A stretch of DNA of 10,134 nt from an uncultured bacterium (lineage in GTDB: Bacteria; SAR324; NAC60-12). Shown in pieces: positions 6,956 through 10,134 of this stretch. The stretch lies in assembly GCA_964010765.1 (NCBI GenBank), contig CAXGMD010000100.1, positions 1 to 10,134 of the forward strand, in the 5' to 3' direction. The translations under genes and the position numbers were made by a program. Under the pieces are notes generated by a model, which was not told the DNA's origin, searched no databases, and was given only the letters and a program-made list of their open reading frames with translations. Position 1 is the stretch's first letter, and every line of letters starts with the position of its first letter.

Positions 6956-7705
6956 TCAGTTTTGAGCAGAGAGGATAATGCTTTTGAAGTCTTCCAGTAG
7001 AAGGCTAGCACCCCCTACTAAAGCTCCATCTATATCAGATTTAGCGAGAAGTTCAGGGGCATTACTGCCCTTGACACTACCTCCATAGAGGATTGGAATT
7101 TCTGCGGCTACAGCAGCGTTTGTAAGGCCAATTAGTTGTCCCCTGATGAATTGATGCATCTCATTAGCTTGATCAGGGGTAGCTGTTTTACCCGTCCCGA
7201 TTGCCCAAACTGGCTCATAAGCAACGATGCATCTGCGGAGGTCATCAAGAGCAATATCTTTCAATCCTTCAGCAAGTTGATTACCGACAACGGATTGTTC
7301 CTCCCCAGCTTCTCGCTCTTCCAAAGTTTCTCCAATGCAAAGAATTGGATGTATTGCTGACTGGAGCAGTCTTTTGACCTTCTTGCTGATGAGTTCGTTA
7401 TCTTCCTGAAAATATTGACGTCGTTCAGAGTGACCCACCAGGCAATACTGTACGCTACATTCCCGCAACTGCTCCACAGAGATCTCACCCGTAAAAGCTC
7501 CCGAGACTTCGTGGTGGACATTTTGAGAACCGATTCCAATGTTTGAATTTTGGGCGGATTCTTCCAATGCTTGGAGAAGAGTATAGGGAACACAAAATAC
7601 CACCTTTGCCGAAGAGCTAATTTTCGACAAATCAGCGACCATCTCGGTCAACAATCCCTTACTTCCATTCATTTTCCAGTTGCCAGCAATCATTGGCTTT
7701 GGCAA
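6956..7705 (-). CDS. tpiA: Triosephosphate isomerase
   Basis: Motifs IAGNWKMN, SGAFTGEIS, VGHSERRQ, AYEPVWAIGTG, ILYGGSV and DGALVGGAS. I place the start at TTG 7705 (MPKPMIAGNWKM, GAGG at 7714-7711, 5 nt upstream) rather than the ORF-track start at 7723. Confidence 0.97.
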   Translation of the reverse strand: MPKPMIAGNWKMNGSKGLLTEMVADLSKISSSAKVVFCVPYTLLQALEESAQNSNIGIGSQNVHHEVSGAFTGEISVEQLRECSVQYCLVGHSERRQYFQEDNELISKKVKRLLQSAIHPILCIGETLEEREAGEEQSVVGNQLAEGLKDIALDDLRRCIVAYEPVWAIGTGKTATPDQANEMHQFIRGQLIGLTNAAVAAEIPILYGGSVKGSNAPELLAKSDIDGALVGGASLLLEDFKSIILSAQN

Positions 7706-7725
7706 GCGCACCTCATTAAACAATT

Positions 7726-7753
7726 ATTTTAAGTAGATGTCTTTTTAGGTAAA
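7726..7753 (-). promoter_or_regulatory. Candidate sigma70 promoter for tpiA-secG
   Basis: On the - strand: TTTACC (7753-7748), 16-nt spacer, TAAAAT (7731-7726), preceded by an AT-rich stretch. Confidence 0.35.
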
Positions 7754-7826
7754 GCCTGAAATTTTTATTCATAAATCCTGATTTCTCAAGTCTTTTCAGA
7801 TTCATCACTGCTTCCATACCAAAGAG

Positions 7827-8582
7827 TTACCAAGCTATTTCTTCCCCATCCCAGGCATAGAAACCGCCTCTGGGCTTCTTTTTGGTATTTTTGATTACCT
7901 CCAAGAGGCAATTGACACTGTAGTCAATGCTAAAAAGTTTTTCAGGTGCCAAATTTTTGCTGAAAGGTTCACTAAGCCTAGTACTGACCGTCCCAGGGTG
8001 TAGAGCCAGGACTTTTGTATTGGGATTTGTCCGATGAAACTCGATTGCAATGTTGCTAATCATCATGTTTAACATTGCCTTCGATCCCCTGTAAAAGTAC
8101 CAACCTCCCATGCGGTTATCTTCAATACTGCCTACTCATGCTGAAATTGCTGAAAAAACTGATGGTTGGTCATGCTTGAGAAGCTTCTGGAAATATTTTG
8201 CAAGCAGCAATGTTGGTAAGGCATTCATTTTAGCTGATTCAAGTAACTGGTTGGCATTAATTTGGCGCAAACTTTTTTCAGGACCATGTTCAGCGTTGTG
8301 AAGATAGCCAACGCAATTGATGACTAGATCTAATTTATTCGTCTCCTGGCTGACCATTTTTGCGACATTGCTAACATCTTCCTCACAGGTACTGTCTGCC
8401 AGAATAGGAATCAACACTCGGGGATTATTTGTAGCTAACTCCAGGAGTTCTTTGGCGGTTTCGGCACTTCGATAGGTAGCAAAAATTTTTTGAGGAGCCT
8501 GACTCAGCAATTGCTTCACAAAACCAAGCCCCAAGCCTCGATTTCCACCATTGATCAAAATCTCACCGAAGTCTTCGTACAT
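7827..8582 (-). pseudogene. CsgA/C-factor-like short-chain dehydrogenase/reductase interrupted by one in-frame TGA (8138-8136)
   Basis: ORF-track 8136..8591 and 7827..8111 share a frame and read through as ...VFSAISA*VGSIEDNRMGGWYFYRGSKAMLNM... Motifs: Gly-rich GGNRGLG, LDLVINCVG, PEKSL, YxxxK (YRGSK), LHPGTVST.LS.PF, G.FYAWDGEEIAW. Likely start ATG 8582 with AAGGTG upstream (alternative GTG 8591). Confidence 0.85.
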
Positions 8583-8631
8583 CTTTAGCACCTTATGATT
8601 AGTCCTGATTACTACTCACAATTGAAATTGG

Positions 8632-9531
8632 TTAGTTTTCAAGAGAGTTGTACAGAGCCAAATAACTGTTGTAGCGCAAGGGATGAATTTGTCCTGCTTC
8701 CAAAGACGCTAAAACAGCGCAGTTGGGTTCATGACGATGCGAGCAACTACTGAAGTGACAATTTTCGCGAACTTCGAATTCGACAAAATACTGATCCAAC
8801 TCAGCTTGTTCTACATCCCAGGGTCTCAACTCACGAACTCCCGGTGTATCAACAAGAAAACCACCTTCGGGCAAGGGGAACATCTCCGCCAAAGTCGTCG
8901 TATGACGCCCCTTTCCAACTTTTTGATTAACAGCACCAATTCGGATTTCCCAATCTGGATAGAGAGCTTTGACCAAGGAAGATTTTCCTACCCCAGAGTG
9001 TCCAGCCAAAACTGAGATTTTGTTTTTCAACGAATCTCTGACCTCTTCAATACCAATCCCTTGCTTTGCGCTGATTCCCAAAACTCGGTAGCCCAAATCA
9101 TTGTAAAGGTCTCGAATTATTAAAAACTCAGCTTCAGAACCCAGATCAGTTTTATTCAGTATCAGGATTGGTTCTAAGTCTCCTCTAAGGCCTGCAACTA
9201 AAAGCCGATCAACAACGCCATTTCGAAAATCTGGTTTTTTCAAGGAAGCTACGATCAGGATTTGGTCAGCATTCGCTACGATTACCTGTTCCAGTTGTCG
9301 TTCAGGAATATGCCTTGAAAGCCGACTTTTTCTGGGAAGGATCTTGTGGATCCAACCAGCATCTTCGGAAGCATCCAAATCAATCTCAACCAAGTCCCCC
9401 ACTGCAATCTTCTCGTCATAGCGACTTTCTTGGAACAAGTTCCCCTTCACACGACAGAGCCTGGTCTCCCCTTCACAATCGACGTAATAGAAACTTCTGG
9501 TTCGTTTACGAACAATTCCTTTTTGGAACAT
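8632..9531 (-). CDS. rsgA: Ribosome small subunit-dependent GTPase A
   Basis: 299 aa. N-terminal OB fold (IAVGDLVE), circularly permuted G motifs NKTD, ISA, GHSGVGKSS, GRHTTT, DTPG, and Zn site CHFSSCSHRHEPNC. Confidence 0.96.
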   Translation of the reverse strand: MFQKGIVRKRTRSFYYVDCEGETRLCRVKGNLFQESRYDEKIAVGDLVEIDLDASEDAGWIHKILPRKSRLSRHIPERQLEQVIVANADQILIVASLKKPDFRNGVVDRLLVAGLRGDLEPILILNKTDLGSEAEFLIIRDLYNDLGYRVLGISAKQGIGIEEVRDSLKNKISVLAGHSGVGKSSLVKALYPDWEIRIGAVNQKVGKGRHTTTLAEMFPLPEGGFLVDTPGVRELRPWDVEQAELDQYFVEFEVRENCHFSSCSHRHEPNCAVLASLEAGQIHPLRYNSYLALYNSLEN

Positions 9532-9570
9532 TGATCAAATCATCATTGAATTAGCAACCACAGAAAAACC

Positions 9571-9732
9571 CTAGAAAATTAGCACCAGCACCTTATTAAC
9601 CAACTGAACTTTTTTTAGAAATTCTTGTGGAGTTGCAGAAAAAAGATCATTAGAACAGGCGACTCTCACTCTGAAATTGGGAAGCATAATCACCAGGGGG
9701 GATGCGTTGGCGAATTGATCCAAATTCATCAT
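9571..9732 (-). CDS. Possible 53-aa small protein (unverified, below the ORF-track cut-off)
   Basis: ATG 9732 to TAG 9573-9571 encodes MMNLDQFANASPLVIMLPNFRVRVACSNDLFSATPQEFLKKVQLVNKVLVLIF. It starts 9 nt after the rlmKL stop on the same strand. No clear SD and no recognisable family. Confidence 0.2.
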   Translation of the reverse strand: MMNLDQFANASPLVIMLPNFRVRVACSNDLFSATPQEFLKKVQLVNKVLVLIF

Positions 9733-9741
9733 GAACTAGTC

Positions 9742-10134
9742 TTAATTCACTCGTTGAATTTTCCAAACTTGATGAATCTTGGGGTTGCGGGCGAAATCAG
9801 GTGGTAGAAGCGCTCTACTCAAGTCTTGAAAATGAAGATTCGGCAAACTGCCCTGATCCAGCTTGAACTTCCGATTGTTGGTGGAGAATAACAAGGCCCC
9901 ACTTTTCTCCAATAAGCGTGAGACCTGATTGAGCATCTCAACATAATCTCTCTGAACATCCCAAGTCCCCCTCATTGATTTCGAGTTTGAAAAGGTAGGT
10001 GGATCTAGAAAGATCAGATCGAAAGTTCCTTTTTGATTAGCAATCCATTCCCTGCAATCGGCTTTAACTAAAATGTGCCTTCTTAAATCCAGACTGTTCA
10101 GGCTGAAATTATCTTTAGCCCAGCCTAAATAATT
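9742..10134 (-). CDS. rlmKL: 23S rRNA methyltransferase RlmKL, C-terminal (RlmK, m7G2069) domain, 5'-truncated by the window edge
   Basis: The frame is open from 10134: NYLGWAKDNFSLN...KADCREWI...FDLIFLDPPTFSNSKSMRGTWDVQRD...LLFSTN.RKFKLD...PPDFARNPKIHQVWKI. This matches the RlmKL C-terminus. Whether it is fused to RlmL is not visible in this window. Confidence 0.9.
   Translation of the reverse strand, partial: NYLGWAKDNFSLNSLDLRRHILVKADCREWIANQKGTFDLIFLDPPTFSNSKSMRGTWDVQRDYVEMLNQVSRLLEKSGALLFSTNNRKFKLDQGSLPNLHFQDLSRALLPPDFARNPKIHQVWKIQRVN

Noticed and set aside
8095..8138. Selenocysteine insertion at the SDR TGA, with a small AACC/GGTT hairpin about 18 nt downstream as a SECIS
   Set aside because: The homologous residue is Arg/Lys rather than Cys, and the stem is only about 4-5 bp and explained by the coding motif DNRMGGW.
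7827..8582. Myxococcus-type C-signal function (csgA, p25 to p17 processing)
   Set aside because: CsgA-like SDRs are widespread enzymes. Nothing here indicates developmental signalling, and p17 arises by proteolysis rather than by a stop codon.
7827..8591. Two separate genes, or a frameshift, for ORFs 8136..8591 and 7827..8111
   Set aside because: They share one frame and the intervening codons (VGSIEDNR) continue the SDR motif. It is one gene with one stop.
8596..8630. TGATTA direct repeat (8596-8601, 8606-8611) and CAATT-GA-AATTG dyad (8619-8630)
   Set aside because: Too short and AT-rich to distinguish from chance.
9549..9596. CIRCE (HrcA) element suggested by TTAGCAC
   Set aside because: CIRCE requires TTAGCACTC-N9-GAGTGCTAA. 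Only partial direct half-sites are present, with no inverted partner.
1269..9807. Short overlapping ORF-track entries (e.g. 1269..1475, 2396..2659, 4062..4316, 4576..4842, 5514..5846, 7261..7593, 8731..9015, 9625..9807)
   Set aside because: They lie antisense or out of frame, wholly or partly within well-supported genes, and show no recognisable motifs. They are best explained as shadow ORFs.
1..10134. Alternative genetic code (TGA as Trp or Gly)
   Set aside because: manC, the oxidoreductase, secG and tpiA end in TGA at expected positions, and no other gene shows an internal TGA.
1..10134. CRISPR array, IS or prophage, or defence island
   Set aside because: No regularly spaced repeats, transposase, integrase, phage or defence-type domains were recognised. 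The gene content is core metabolism and envelope.
1..10134. Taxonomic assignment (impression of a marine deltaproteobacterium-like lineage such as SAR324)
   Set aside because: This is only an impression from gene style. It needs a phylogeny of TpiA, RsgA or LeuB, so it is not claimed.

Overview
A 10.1-kb gene-dense bacterial chromosomal window made up mostly of housekeeping and envelope genes. I see no mobile element, CRISPR array or RNA gene. Gene order: 3' part of leuB (+); a 654-aa CASTOR/POLLUX/DMI1-like RCK-gated ion channel (+); a convergent outer-membrane beta-barrel/porin-like gene (-); bifunctional mannose-1-phosphate guanylyltransferase/phosphomannose isomerase (-); a renalase-like FAD oxidoreductase (+); secG and tpiA (-); a CsgA/C-factor-like SDR interrupted by one in-frame TGA (-); rsgA (-); and the 3' part of rlmKL (-). 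The barrel protein implies a Gram-negative host. The most notable observations are the bacterial homologue of the plant symbiosis channel with a DSG filter motif, a structured leader in front of it, its 3-nt tail-to-tail junction with the porin, the single TGA at a normally Arg position in the SDR, and a small ORF plus repeated motifs between rlmKL and rsgA. The sequence alone does not establish a new multi-gene system. All family assignments come from recalled motifs, not from database searches.
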